From NCBI GenBank assembly GCA_051959325.1, contig JBQCFI010000289.1:28142-92141 (forward strand): a stretch of 64,000 bases of DNA, read 5' to 3'. The notes under the pieces are model-generated. The model was given only the letters and a program-made list of their open reading frames with translations, ran no database searches and was not told the origin of the DNA. This document shows positions 48,147-57,052 of the stretch, in pieces. The position numbers were made by a program, and so were the translations under genes. Position 1 is the stretch's first letter. Each line of letters begins with the position of its first letter. This stretch comes from Ginsengibacter sp. (GTDB lineage: Bacteria > Bacteroidota > Bacteroidia > Chitinophagales > Chitinophagaceae).

Positions 48147-50174
48147 ATGATAAATACAAATCGGAACCATGTTCATACTTATGATGCACAAGGAAGAATG
48201 ACTTGTTGTTCTGAGGAGGAAAAAATTTATTCAAAAGCGAACGCAACAGATTTGCTAAATGAGCCTAAAGAAGATAGTAAAATTAAAAAGCCTGACCATT
48301 ATAATAAACAACGAAATGATACATGGAAGCCTTATGTTCCTGCATTTATAAGTTTCATAATGCTCATAATTGGCATTTCATTAGATTATTATTTCAAGCC
48401 TGTTTTCTTTTCAGGATATGTTCGTTTAACATGGTACATTATTGCTTATTTACCAGTTGGGTTACCGGTAGTGAAAGAAGCTATTCAATCAATCAGGAAA
48501 GGTGCGTTCTTTTCTGAATTTTTTTTGATGAGTATAGCAACAATTGGTGCGTTTGCTATTAAACAATATCCGGAAGGAGTTGCTGTAATGTTATTCTATG
48601 CCGTTGGAGAGCTTTTTCAAACAGCAGCCGTGAGAAAGGCCAAACGGAGTATTAAAGCGTTATTAGATGTACGGCCTGATATAGTAACAGTAATTAGAAA
48701 CGGAGAAGTAAAAACTGTTGCACCCTCTGAAATTTCAATTGCTGAAATTATTCAGGTAAAGCCAGGAGAAAAAGTTGCTTTGGATGGAGAACTGATTTCA
48801 GAAACTTCATCTTTCAATACCTCTGCGCTAACAGGAGAAAGCAAGCCTGACACAAAACGCAAAGGAGAAGAAGTTTTGGCAGGAATGATAAATCTCAATA
48901 CCGTTACTGACATAAAAGTTACCGCGCTTTTCAAAGACAGTAAACTTTCCAGAATTTTAGAAATGGTACAGGATGCAACAGCGCGCAAATCACCCACGCA
49001 ACTTTTTATTACGAAGTTTGCCAAAGTTTATACACCTATTGTTGTGTATTTAGCAATCGCAATAATAATCGTTCCTTACTTTTTTGTAAGCGGTTATATC
49101 TTCAGCGATTGGCTCTACAAAGCTTTAATATTCCTGGTAATTTCTTGTCCTTGTGCATTGGTTGTTTCTATTCCACTTGGATATTTTGGAGGAATAGGCC
49201 TGGCTTCGCGAAACGGAATTTTGTTTAAGGGAAGTAACTTTTTAGATGCCATCACTTTTGTAAATACAGTTGTGATGGACAAGACAGGGACGATTACAAA
49301 AGGTGTTTTTAAGGTGCAGGAAGTTATTGCACAAAATATAGATGAAAAAGAATTACTTAAATATGTTGCAGCATTGGAAAGTAAATCTACACATCCTGTT
49401 GCTACTGCTATTGTACAATATGCTGGTAATATTTTTCAAAATCTTAAAATAGAAAATGTAGAAGAAATTCCGGGACTTGGAATGAAAGGTAAAATTGATG
49501 GAATTGAAGTTCTTGCCGGAAATCAAAAGTTGCTTGATAAATTTAAAATCAAAAATAACTTTGATTCGGAGAATATTACTGATACCATTGTTTTAGTAGC
49601 TGTGAATAATCAATATGCTGGATATATTGCTATTGCCGATGAAATAAAGGAAGATGCGAAGCAGGCTGTTGAGCAATTGCATCAACTGAAAATAAAAACG
49701 GTGATGCTATCAGGCGACAAGCAAAGTGTGGTAGATAAGGTTGCAAAAGAATTAACGATTGACGAAGCTTACGGAGATTTGTTTCCGGAAAATAAAGTTG
49801 AAAAAGTTGAGCAATTAAAAAAACAAAATCTGAAAGTTGCTTTTGCAGGCGATGGTGTAAACGATGCGCCTGTAATCGCTTTAGCCGATGTAGGAATAGC
49901 CATGGGTGGATTAGGAAGTGATGCGGCAATAGAAATAGCTGATATAGTTATTCAAAATGACCAACCATCCAAAATTCCTACAGCTATTCGAATTGGAAAA
50001 GAAACCCGAAAAGTTGTTTGGCAAAATATCTCTTTGGCGTTTGGAGTAAAATTAATCGTTTTGGTGCTCGGTGCCGGTGGCTTGGCTACTTTATGGGAAG
50101 CGGTCTTTGCAGATGTAGGTGTAGCGCTATTAGCTATATTAAATGCTGCGAGAATCCAGAGGATGAAACTATAA
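48147..50174 (+). CDS. zntA: Zn/Cd/Pb P1B-type ATPase (ZntA/CadA-like)
   Basis: N-terminal HVH..CC, TGES, SCPCALV, DKTGT, GDGVNDAP, WEAVFADVG; ATG 48147. Confidence 0.9.
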   Translation: MINTNRNHVHTYDAQGRMTCCSEEEKIYSKANATDLLNEPKEDSKIKKPDHYNKQRNDTWKPYVPAFISFIMLIIGISLDYYFKPVFFSGYVRLTWYIIAYLPVGLPVVKEAIQSIRKGAFFSEFFLMSIATIGAFAIKQYPEGVAVMLFYAVGELFQTAAVRKAKRSIKALLDVRPDIVTVIRNGEVKTVAPSEISIAEIIQVKPGEKVALDGELISETSSFNTSALTGESKPDTKRKGEEVLAGMINLNTVTDIKVTALFKDSKLSRILEMVQDATARKSPTQLFITKFAKVYTPIVVYLAIAIIIVPYFFVSGYIFSDWLYKALIFLVISCPCALVVSIPLGYFGGIGLASRNGILFKGSNFLDAITFVNTVVMDKTGTITKGVFKVQEVIAQNIDEKELLKYVAALESKSTHPVATAIVQYAGNIFQNLKIENVEEIPGLGMKGKIDGIEVLAGNQKLLDKFKIKNNFDSENITDTIVLVAVNNQYAGYIAIADEIKEDAKQAVEQLHQLKIKTVMLSGDKQSVVDKVAKELTIDEAYGDLFPENKVEKVEQLKKQNLKVAFAGDGVNDAPVIALADVGIAMGGLGSDAAIEIADIVIQNDQPSKIPTAIRIGKETRKVVWQNISLAFGVKLIVLVLGAGGLATLWEAVFADVGVALLAILNAARIQRMKL

Positions 50175-50321
50175 AGGATTAATGAGATTGTTGCACATGT
50201 ATATTTTATAAAATAACATGGTTATTAAGAGCAACACATTCAATACTGTCGTAGCCGGTTCTGATGTAGCTTTAGAAACAGCAAATATTGATTTGGAGAA
50301 AAGTAAATTCCTACTGCTGTT

Positions 50322-50528
50322 TCATGACGTAATCCAGCCTTTCTCCGTTCTCATGTCTATGATTTCATTAAGCAGCAACCAGTGGCGAAATGAATTTGCA
50401 TCATCAGGTGTAAAATGGATAATCCTTCCATCTTTCAGCATAATGGTAAAAAAATCTGAGGCAGCTAAAAATTTAAATAATTCTGAGGCTGGATAGTCAA
50501 ATCCGGGATAACGGCTGTTTACGCTCAT
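50322..50528 (-). CDS. Small hypothetical protein (68 aa)
   Basis: Clean ORF downstream of a structured leader and a -7 box (TACTTTTG, 50748-50741). Confidence 0.65.
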   Translation of the reverse strand: MSVNSRYPGFDYPASELFKFLAASDFFTIMLKDGRIIHFTPDDANSFRHWLLLNEIIDMRTEKGWITS

Positions 50529-50598
50529 AACGCTTGATTTTAGGTTTACACATTAGCCGTTGCCGTCTTTAAAAAATAAGCGCAGGCAACAGCTTACC

Positions 50599-50703
50599 GC
50601 ACTGAGGTCTTAGGAACCGGTAACGAATAAGTGCGCCCACGCCGTAGCATGAGCGTTTTCCACTTATGTCCCGTTACCTTCGAAAGTTCCTAAGTTTCAG
50701 TGC
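50599..50703 (-). ncRNA. Long four-segment hairpin leader RNA of unknown class
   Basis: Nested perfect arms GCACTGA/TCAGTGC, CTTAGGAAC/GTTCCTAAG, GGTAACG/CGTTACC, ATAAGTG/CACTTAT. Confidence 0.7.
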
Positions 50704-50894
50704 AGGACTTAAAGCAAAAACGCTTCAAGAATATTTTGTGCAAAAGTAGTGTTTCGGATTAAAATAAGGCAATAAAAAGCACAGCTCTGCTTTCCGATTA
50801 AAAATCGGTAGCCTCGCTTTGTTTCCAACAATATGGCATAACTAAATTATTATCGCTTTAACAACAATAGGTCTGAAAAGCGATTGAGCAAACG

Positions 50895-50922
50895 CCAGTA
50901 TAAAATAACCAGTATAAAATAA
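50895..50922. repeat. Perfect 14-bp tandem duplication
   Basis: CCAGTATAAAATAA x2. Confidence 0.85.
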
Positions 50923-50959
50923 AGTACACTTTTTCTAAGAAGCTGGCAGAACCTAACAA

Positions 50960-51502
50960 TTATCTGTCCTGTTTCTTTTCCAGTCGCCAACCATCATCAT
51001 ATAAAGCAAAGTAAGCCTGATGAATATTTTCCTTTGAAAAGTCCGTATTGACTAACGAGGAAAAGGGAGTAACATTCTTATAGGTGGTTGTATATTCTGC
51101 AACTGCACTTTTTCCATCATCCATCATTTTGATGCCGGTCACTTCTTTTAGTTGTTCTTCAGCCAATTTTACCTTTTGTACGTTTATGGATTTATCCTTT
51201 TCGGAGGTTGGCAATAAGTATGGTTCGGCTTTAGCTGAAAGCGCGATGATAGGCTTACCCACATCACTTAATTTCTGAGTATGTTGTATGGTTAAAAGAC
51301 CCTTTGATTCCAAACCTGCATCAAGCACTTTTTTTGCAAATTCAGGGTCACCGCAAAAAATATCATAGTCAACTACTTTAGGATAAGTGGTTTGCTGTTT
51401 AAGGAGATTCATGGCTTCTTCTCTACTTAAGTTTTTGTTATCATTGGAACAAGCTGTTAATAGAGTACACACAGCAAAAAGGGCGAATAGTACATTTTTC
51501 AT
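50960..51502 (-). CDS. Hypothetical lipoprotein
   Basis: MKNVLFALFAVCTLLTAC lipobox. Confidence 0.8.
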   Translation of the reverse strand: MKNVLFALFAVCTLLTACSNDNKNLSREEAMNLLKQQTTYPKVVDYDIFCGDPEFAKKVLDAGLESKGLLTIQHTQKLSDVGKPIIALSAKAEPYLLPTSEKDKSINVQKVKLAEEQLKEVTGIKMMDDGKSAVAEYTTTYKNVTPFSSLVNTDFSKENIHQAYFALYDDGWRLEKKQDR

Positions 51503-51863
51503 AGCTATAAAAATTAAGGGGCCATAAAATTACAAATTTTACCGTTTTTAAAAAACGATTGATAAAAAAGGAACTTTAAGTCCGCTAACAATCTAATGTA
51601 ATAAACTGCATCCGGATAACACCCAATACAACCTGGAGAACGTTTTTGTTGGATAAAGAGATTAGAAAATAGGTGCTGTTCAAAATAATTTGTACCATGG
51701 TTCATAGCTTTTTGGTGTGGTAATCATTTGAGCTATGAAAAAGGGCTTGATTTGCTTAACCCTTTCTTTTATTCTTTTTCTAGGCAATGAGAGAAAATGA
51801 ATAAATTAAAAAACGTGTTTTGATTCTTTGTGATTTCTTTTATTATCTTCGCGCACTTTTCAC

Positions 51864-51921
51864 AGGAAATGGTGTCTTCCTGAACCAACCGCTTGGCCTT
51901 ATAACCAGCTAATGGCGCCTA
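51864..51921 (+). ncRNA. Fluoride riboswitch (crcB motif) #1
   Basis: GGAAATGGTGTCTTCC-TGAACCAACC-GCTTGG..CCAGC-TAATGGCGCCTAC directly upstream of CLC(F); -7-like TATCTTCG at 51844-51851. Confidence 0.92.
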
Positions 51922-51961
51922 CAAATTATTAGTAGTAATAAACCCGTTATAATTTGTAGGA

Positions 51962-53338
51962 ATGAAGCGAATCAAAACCTCGTTTGAACATATTTTCATA
52001 GTATCTCATCTTCTAAAATGGACGCTGCTTGTATTGCCTGTTTCCATTTCCATTGGCTCAATGGTAGCGTTGTTTCTTTGGCTTTTAGAGAAGGCGATTG
52101 ATTTTCGTTTTGCTCATCAGTGGCTGTTGTTTCTTCTTCCTTTAGCAGGTATTCTTATTTATTTTTTGTACAAATATTTGGGGAAAAATTCTGAAGGCGG
52201 CAACAATCTTATTATGGATGAAATCCATGAACCAGGAGGCGGAATTCCGGCAAGAATGGCACCTTTGGTTTTGTTAACGACTATTATCACACATCTTTTT
52301 GGTGGTTCTGCAGGAAGGGAAGGAACTGCAGTTCAGATTGGCGGAAGCATTGCGCAATTTTTTGCCAGAAAATTTAATCTCACCAAAGAAGAAGTAAAAA
52401 TGTTGTTACAGACAGGAATCGCAGCAGGCTTCGGTGCGGTATTTGGAACACCTATTACCGGCGCCATATTCGCACTGGAAGTTTTGGCAGTAGGCAGAAT
52501 AAAACATGATGCATTATTACCTTGTTTCATGGCAAGTGTTTTGGCAGATATTACCTGCAATGCGTGGGGCATTCACCACACTCAATATCACATGAATTTG
52601 ACAGAAGTTGGCAACACACTTTTTTTAAATTTCCATTTTGATTTTCTGTTATTGATTGAAGTAATTATTGCAGGAGTACTTTTCGGTTTGGTTGGTTTTT
52701 TATTTGCTGAGACCTCACACACCATTTCAAATTATAGTAAAAGATTCATTAAAATCCGCTGGCTGATTCCTGCAATTGGCGGTATAGCGATTATTGCCTT
52801 TACTTATATTTTAGGAACACGTGATTATTTAAGCTTGGGTGTTTTCAATCCTGATAAAAATGGAGTTTCTGTTCTCTCCTGTTTTCAAGCGGGAGGCGCG
52901 ACTTCCTTAAGCTGGTTATGGAAATTATTGTTTACTGCCATTACTCTAGGAACAGGTTTTAAAGGCGGGGAAGTAACACCGTTATTTTTTATTGGAGCAG
53001 CATTAGGAAATACTATTGCGGTACTTACCGGAGCGCCGGTTGATTTAATGGCTGGCCTGGGTTTTATCGCAGTATTTGCGGGAGCTACGAACACACCAAT
53101 AGCTTGCACGCTAATGGGAGTGGAATTATTTGGAGGAGGTAATGTGCTTTACTTTGCTGTGGCTTGTTTTTCCGCCTATTATTTCAGTGGTCATTCCGGT
53201 ATTTATCATTCGCAAAGAGTCGCTGTTTCTAAAGTGAATCATTTAAATCATCATACAAATACCACACTTTTGGAAGTGCGGAATAAAAGAATAAAAAAGA
53301 GAAAACAATGGATAAAAAAATCAAAACTCATTCGTTAG
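51962..53338 (+). CDS. eriC: CLC-family fluoride/H+ antiporter (CLC-F)
   Basis: The F-specific clade signatures GNNLI, GREGT and GEVTP are all present. Confidence 0.93.
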   Translation: MKRIKTSFEHIFIVSHLLKWTLLVLPVSISIGSMVALFLWLLEKAIDFRFAHQWLLFLLPLAGILIYFLYKYLGKNSEGGNNLIMDEIHEPGGGIPARMAPLVLLTTIITHLFGGSAGREGTAVQIGGSIAQFFARKFNLTKEEVKMLLQTGIAAGFGAVFGTPITGAIFALEVLAVGRIKHDALLPCFMASVLADITCNAWGIHHTQYHMNLTEVGNTLFLNFHFDFLLLIEVIIAGVLFGLVGFLFAETSHTISNYSKRFIKIRWLIPAIGGIAIIAFTYILGTRDYLSLGVFNPDKNGVSVLSCFQAGGATSLSWLWKLLFTAITLGTGFKGGEVTPLFFIGAALGNTIAVLTGAPVDLMAGLGFIAVFAGATNTPIACTLMGVELFGGGNVLYFAVACFSAYYFSGHSGIYHSQRVAVSKVNHLNHHTNTTLLEVRNKRIKKRKQWIKKSKLIR

Positions 53339-53676
53339 GTAAATTAGAAATATACATTGAGCCTGCACATAAAGTGCGTCATGGAGACAGAACTTTATTT
53401 AGAAAATTATTTCCAAAGTCGGTCTATATGCATATTATTTTGGAGGCCAAAAAAGAAGGTATAATCAATACTTCGGCGCACAGTACACATACAAGTTTTA
53501 GCAGTGAAGGAAAAATGACTACTTACAATATGGAAGGCGATAATTCTAAACTTAACATGTGTGTTGAATTAGTTGATAAGAAAGAAAAATTGCAGGAATT
53601 TTTCTTAAAACATAAAGAACTTCTTCGTTCAAAAGTTGTTATTTATAAAGAGGTGGAATTTTGGGATATTGAATGA
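53308..53676 (+). CDS. DUF190 / PII-like protein
   Basis: LEIYI, I..AKKEGI..SA, CVELVD pattern, similar to 54967-55323; overlaps the CLC stop. Confidence 0.75.
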   Translation: MDKKIKTHSLGKLEIYIEPAHKVRHGDRTLFRKLFPKSVYMHIILEAKKEGIINTSAHSTHTSFSSEGKMTTYNMEGDNSKLNMCVELVDKKEKLQEFFLKHKELLRSKVVIYKEVEFWDIE

Positions 53677-53899
53677 ATATCAAACCACAAATTGCATTTT
53701 TCACAGTATTGAAACTAGTATTGACTTGGCGGTAAAAACAGAAACGCTTCATTCTTTTTGTGTAGACTGGAAGCCAAAGTTTTTGAATAAAGAACTAAAG
53801 GAGTTGCTGAGCAAATACTGAACCTGTACCCTTAATTTTGAAAAAGGAATTTTTCCTGTAGCTTTTTGAAAAAAATTCTTTACCTAAAAATATTATAAA

Positions 53900-54319
53900 A
53901 TGAAAGAAGTGATTGCTGCCGGTGGCCTTGTTGTCAATGAATTTAATGAAATTCTTTTTATTTACAGACATTCTAAATGGGATTTACCCAAAGGCCATTG
54001 GGAAAAAGGAGAAACGATAGAAAATTGCGCTTCGCGCGAAGTAAAGGAGGAGACAGGGTTGGAGCATGTTTCTATAACCAGATTTATTGGAAAAACAGTG
54101 CATAATTATTTTGATAGCTATCTAAATGCAGAAGCGGTAAAAGAGACGCATTGGTTTGAAATGCATGCCGGTAAAAGCCAGGAGTTTCATCCCCAAACCG
54201 AAGAAGATATTGAATGGATAAAATGGGTTAGTCCCGCTGGGGTTCATTTTTATCTCAAAAATTCCTACCAAAATATAGCGGAAATCCTTGAAAAATCAGA
54301 CCTCATTCCATCGTATTAA
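53900..54319 (+). CDS. NUDIX hydrolase
   Basis: WDLPKGHWEKGETIENCASREVKEETGL Nudix box. Confidence 0.92.
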   Translation: MKEVIAAGGLVVNEFNEILFIYRHSKWDLPKGHWEKGETIENCASREVKEETGLEHVSITRFIGKTVHNYFDSYLNAEAVKETHWFEMHAGKSQEFHPQTEEDIEWIKWVSPAGVHFYLKNSYQNIAEILEKSDLIPSY

Positions 54320-54456
54320 AATAGTCTTTTCAACGGAAAAAATAAACTGAAAAAAAATTTTGCAGGTGATTATTTACAGTAAATGAACTTTTAATTAAGA
54401 ATTCACTTTTAATTTTTTCTAACTTATTCCCGTTTAAAGAATTCCATTATTTTTAA

Positions 54457-54488
54457 AATCCTTTTTTAAATTAATCCTTTTTTAAATT
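54457..54488. repeat. Perfect 16-bp tandem repeat upstream of the crcB promoter
   Basis: AATCCTTTTTTAAATT x2. Confidence 0.85.
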
Positions 54489-54508
54489 AAACACTTAATT
54501 TTGAAAAA

Positions 54509-54564
54509 AGGAAATGGAGTTTTCCTATTATAAACCGTCCTGAAAGAAGGAATGATAACTCCTG
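54509..54564 (+). ncRNA. Fluoride riboswitch (crcB motif) #2
   Basis: GGAAATGGAGTTTTCC-TATTATAAACC-GTCC..GGA-ATGATAACTCCTG; perfect GGAGTT/AACTCC pseudoknot; -7 box TAATTTTG at 54496-54503. Confidence 0.92.
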
Positions 54565-54586
54565 TTCATTTGTAAAACAAATTACA

Positions 54587-54964
54587 ATGTACAGGATTTT
54601 GGTTTACGTTTTCGTTGGCAGTGCTCTTGGTGGAGTTTGCCGGTTTCTTTCCCAACAATTTGTTCAAAAAAATTTCCCTTCTTACATTCCTTTAGGCACT
54701 TTAACTGTCAACATAATCGGCTCATTTATAATCGGCATTATTTATGCGCTTTCCGAAAAAAGCATCATTTCTCCTGAAGTCAGGATTCTAATAGCCACCG
54801 GGTTTTGCGGTGGCTTTACTACTTTTTCTTCATTCGCTTTTGAGAATGTAAAGCTCTTGCAGGATGGCGAATTTTTTAATACAGGATTATACGTTTTATT
54901 AAGTATAGTCATTGGATTTTTCTCTGTTTACCTCGGCATTTTATTCACTAAATTAATCTCTTAA
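54587..54964 (+). CDS. crcB: Fluc/CrcB fluoride channel
   Basis: GSALGGVCR, GTLTVNIIGSF, TGFCGGFTTFSSF. Confidence 0.96.
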   Translation: MYRILVYVFVGSALGGVCRFLSQQFVQKNFPSYIPLGTLTVNIIGSFIIGIIYALSEKSIISPEVRILIATGFCGGFTTFSSFAFENVKLLQDGEFFNTGLYVLLSIVIGFFSVYLGILFTKLIS

Positions 54965-54966
54965 TT

Positions 54967-55323
54967 ATGGAACTAAGCCGTGATTCAAAATTGCTAAGAA
55001 TCTTTATTGGTTCAATAGATAGTGTAGGCCATCAGCCATTATATGAAGCAATTGTTTTTGCCGCAAAAAAAGAAGGCCTGGCTGGAGCTTCGGTAACCAA
55101 AGGGATTTTATCCTTTGGCGCTTCTTCTTTGGTGCATACAGCAAAGCTGATTGATATTTCAGAAGATTTGCCAATTGTAATTGAAATTGTTGACCATGAA
55201 GAAAAGATTATGCCTTTTGTTGAAGTTGCAAGTAAGTTATTAGAAAAAGCAAATTGCGGCGGCCTTATCACCATTGAAAAAGCGCAGGTGCTTTATTACA
55301 AGTCAAAGAATATAGATCAATGA
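54967..55323 (+). CDS. DUF190 protein
   Basis: LRIFIG, PLYEAIV..AKKEGLAGASV..GI..FG, DLPIVIEIVD. Confidence 0.92.
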   Translation: MELSRDSKLLRIFIGSIDSVGHQPLYEAIVFAAKKEGLAGASVTKGILSFGASSLVHTAKLIDISEDLPIVIEIVDHEEKIMPFVEVASKLLEKANCGGLITIEKAQVLYYKSKNIDQ

Positions 55324-55415
55324 TGTCTTGGGAAGATTAGAAGTAAACAAAATAAATCTTCAAAAGAAGAAGCAGGAAAATCCCGCGTCGGAGCAATTAA
55401 GCTAAAACAAGAAAT

Positions 55416-56606
55416 ATGATCCGAGAAGAAAAGACAGTAAAAACAGCTACAAGATTTGTAATTCTCCTAGGTTGCGTCAGTCTTTTTTCAGATATGACTT
55501 ATGAAGCAGCCCGTAGTATCAGCGGCCCGTACCTGAGCATTCTTGGAGTTTCAGGCGCTACTGTTGGATGGGTAGCAGGATTGGGAGAGTTATTAGGGTA
55601 TGGTTTGAGAATTGTTTCCGGTTACATCAGTGATAAAACAAAAAAGTACTGGACAATTACCATCATTGGTTATTTATTGAATTTATTTTCAGGGCCGTTA
55701 TTAGCTTTTGCAGGTTATTGGCAACTGGCTGTAGTTTTAATGATCACAGAAAGAATCGGTAAAGCCATCCGCACCCCTGCACGAGATGCGATGTTGTCTT
55801 ATGGAGCAAAAGAAATGGGACGTGGCTGGGGCTTTGGCTTACATGAAGCGATGGATCAAACCGGCGCAACGGTTGGGCCTTTGCTTGTGAGCGCTGTTTT
55901 ATTTTATAAAAATCAATCTTATCATATTGCATTTTTAATACTTTTTATTCCGGCTATTATCGCCATATTCATTCTCTTGTTTGCAAAGTCGCAATATCCA
56001 AAACCACAGGACTTAGAAATAGAAAATATTGAAATTAAAACCAAAGGTTATCCCAGACTTTTCTGGCTTTATTTATTTGCAGTCATTTTTATTGCCGCCG
56101 GTTATGCCGATTTTCCATTGATTGCTTATCATTTTAAAAAAATTAATTTAATGCGTGATGCTACTATCCCCATTTTGTATGCTATCGCGATGGCTGCGGA
56201 TGGAATATCAGCGCTGTTCCTGGGAAAAATGTTTGACAAATTTGGAATGAAAACGATGATTGTAGTCACTTTTATTTCTTTATTTTTTGCACCTATGGTT
56301 TTTTTAGGTGGCTTTGATTGGGCCATTGTTGGAATGATCGTTTGGGGCATCGGAATGGGTGCACAGGAATCCATTTTAAAAGCAGCCGTAGCGGAGTTAA
56401 TTCCAACTTACAAACGCGGAACTGCATTTGGATTGTTCAACACAGGCTTCGGTATTTTCTGGTTTTTAGGAAGCTTGGCTTTGGGATATTTATACGATTA
56501 CTCGATTCCCTGGCTGATTGCTTTTTCTGTAATCACGCAAGTGATTGCTGTAATTATTTTGATAATACTTACTTATCACGCTAAAAATAAAATGCAGGCA
56601 ATTTAG
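55416..56606 (+). CDS. MFS transporter
   Basis: SLFSDMTYE, G.ISDKTKK, ERIGKAIRTPARDA, GLHEAMDQ.GA; about 12 TM segments. Confidence 0.92.
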   Translation: MIREEKTVKTATRFVILLGCVSLFSDMTYEAARSISGPYLSILGVSGATVGWVAGLGELLGYGLRIVSGYISDKTKKYWTITIIGYLLNLFSGPLLAFAGYWQLAVVLMITERIGKAIRTPARDAMLSYGAKEMGRGWGFGLHEAMDQTGATVGPLLVSAVLFYKNQSYHIAFLILFIPAIIAIFILLFAKSQYPKPQDLEIENIEIKTKGYPRLFWLYLFAVIFIAAGYADFPLIAYHFKKINLMRDATIPILYAIAMAADGISALFLGKMFDKFGMKTMIVVTFISLFFAPMVFLGGFDWAIVGMIVWGIGMGAQESILKAAVAELIPTYKRGTAFGLFNTGFGIFWFLGSLALGYLYDYSIPWLIAFSVITQVIAVIILIILTYHAKNKMQAI

Positions 56607-56624
56607 CCTGCTAAAAAAATAATC

Positions 56625-57047
56625 ATGAATTATGAAATATCAGAAAATCATTTGCGAAGCTTTAGTTCTTTAGCTCACGTGATAGAACGTAAATTACTGG
56701 AGATGCAAATAGCAATTGTTGCACACCGGCATCACCTGCGTTTTGTGCACGTTCATTATGCTGATTCTTTTTCAGAAGAAGAATTAAAAAAAATTGAAGA
56801 TGCCATTAATGTAATGTATGATCTGTTGGAAAAATTTTGTAAAGATTTTGAATTAAAACCGGAGCAAGGCGATTTAAGAAATGAGTTAATGATTAAAGCT
56901 AATTTTTTATGGGAAGACTTAAACGGCGCTACTGCAAGGAGTTTAAAAGGGCATGGCGAAATAAACAAAGATGTAAAAATGGATTATGAACAAAAAATCA
57001 CACGGATGATTGATGCAACCAATAACCTTATAAACCAATTCAATTAA
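56625..57047 (+). CDS. Hypothetical helical protein within the crcB operon
   Basis: Tight spacing (18 nt and 5 nt gaps); no recognised motif. Confidence 0.75.
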   Translation: MNYEISENHLRSFSSLAHVIERKLLEMQIAIVAHRHHLRFVHVHYADSFSEEELKKIEDAINVMYDLLEKFCKDFELKPEQGDLRNELMIKANFLWEDLNGATARSLKGHGEINKDVKMDYEQKITRMIDATNNLINQFN

Positions 57048-57052
57048 ATATT

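Noticed and set aside
50940-50960. ACCTAAC/GTTAGGT attC-like core site beside the lipoprotein gene
   Set aside because: No partner arm or integron integrase is visible, and a 7-mer match is expected by chance.
53636-53821. 61-aa ORF overlapping the DUF190 end
   Set aside because: No credible start or motif; probably noise or an unassignable fragment.
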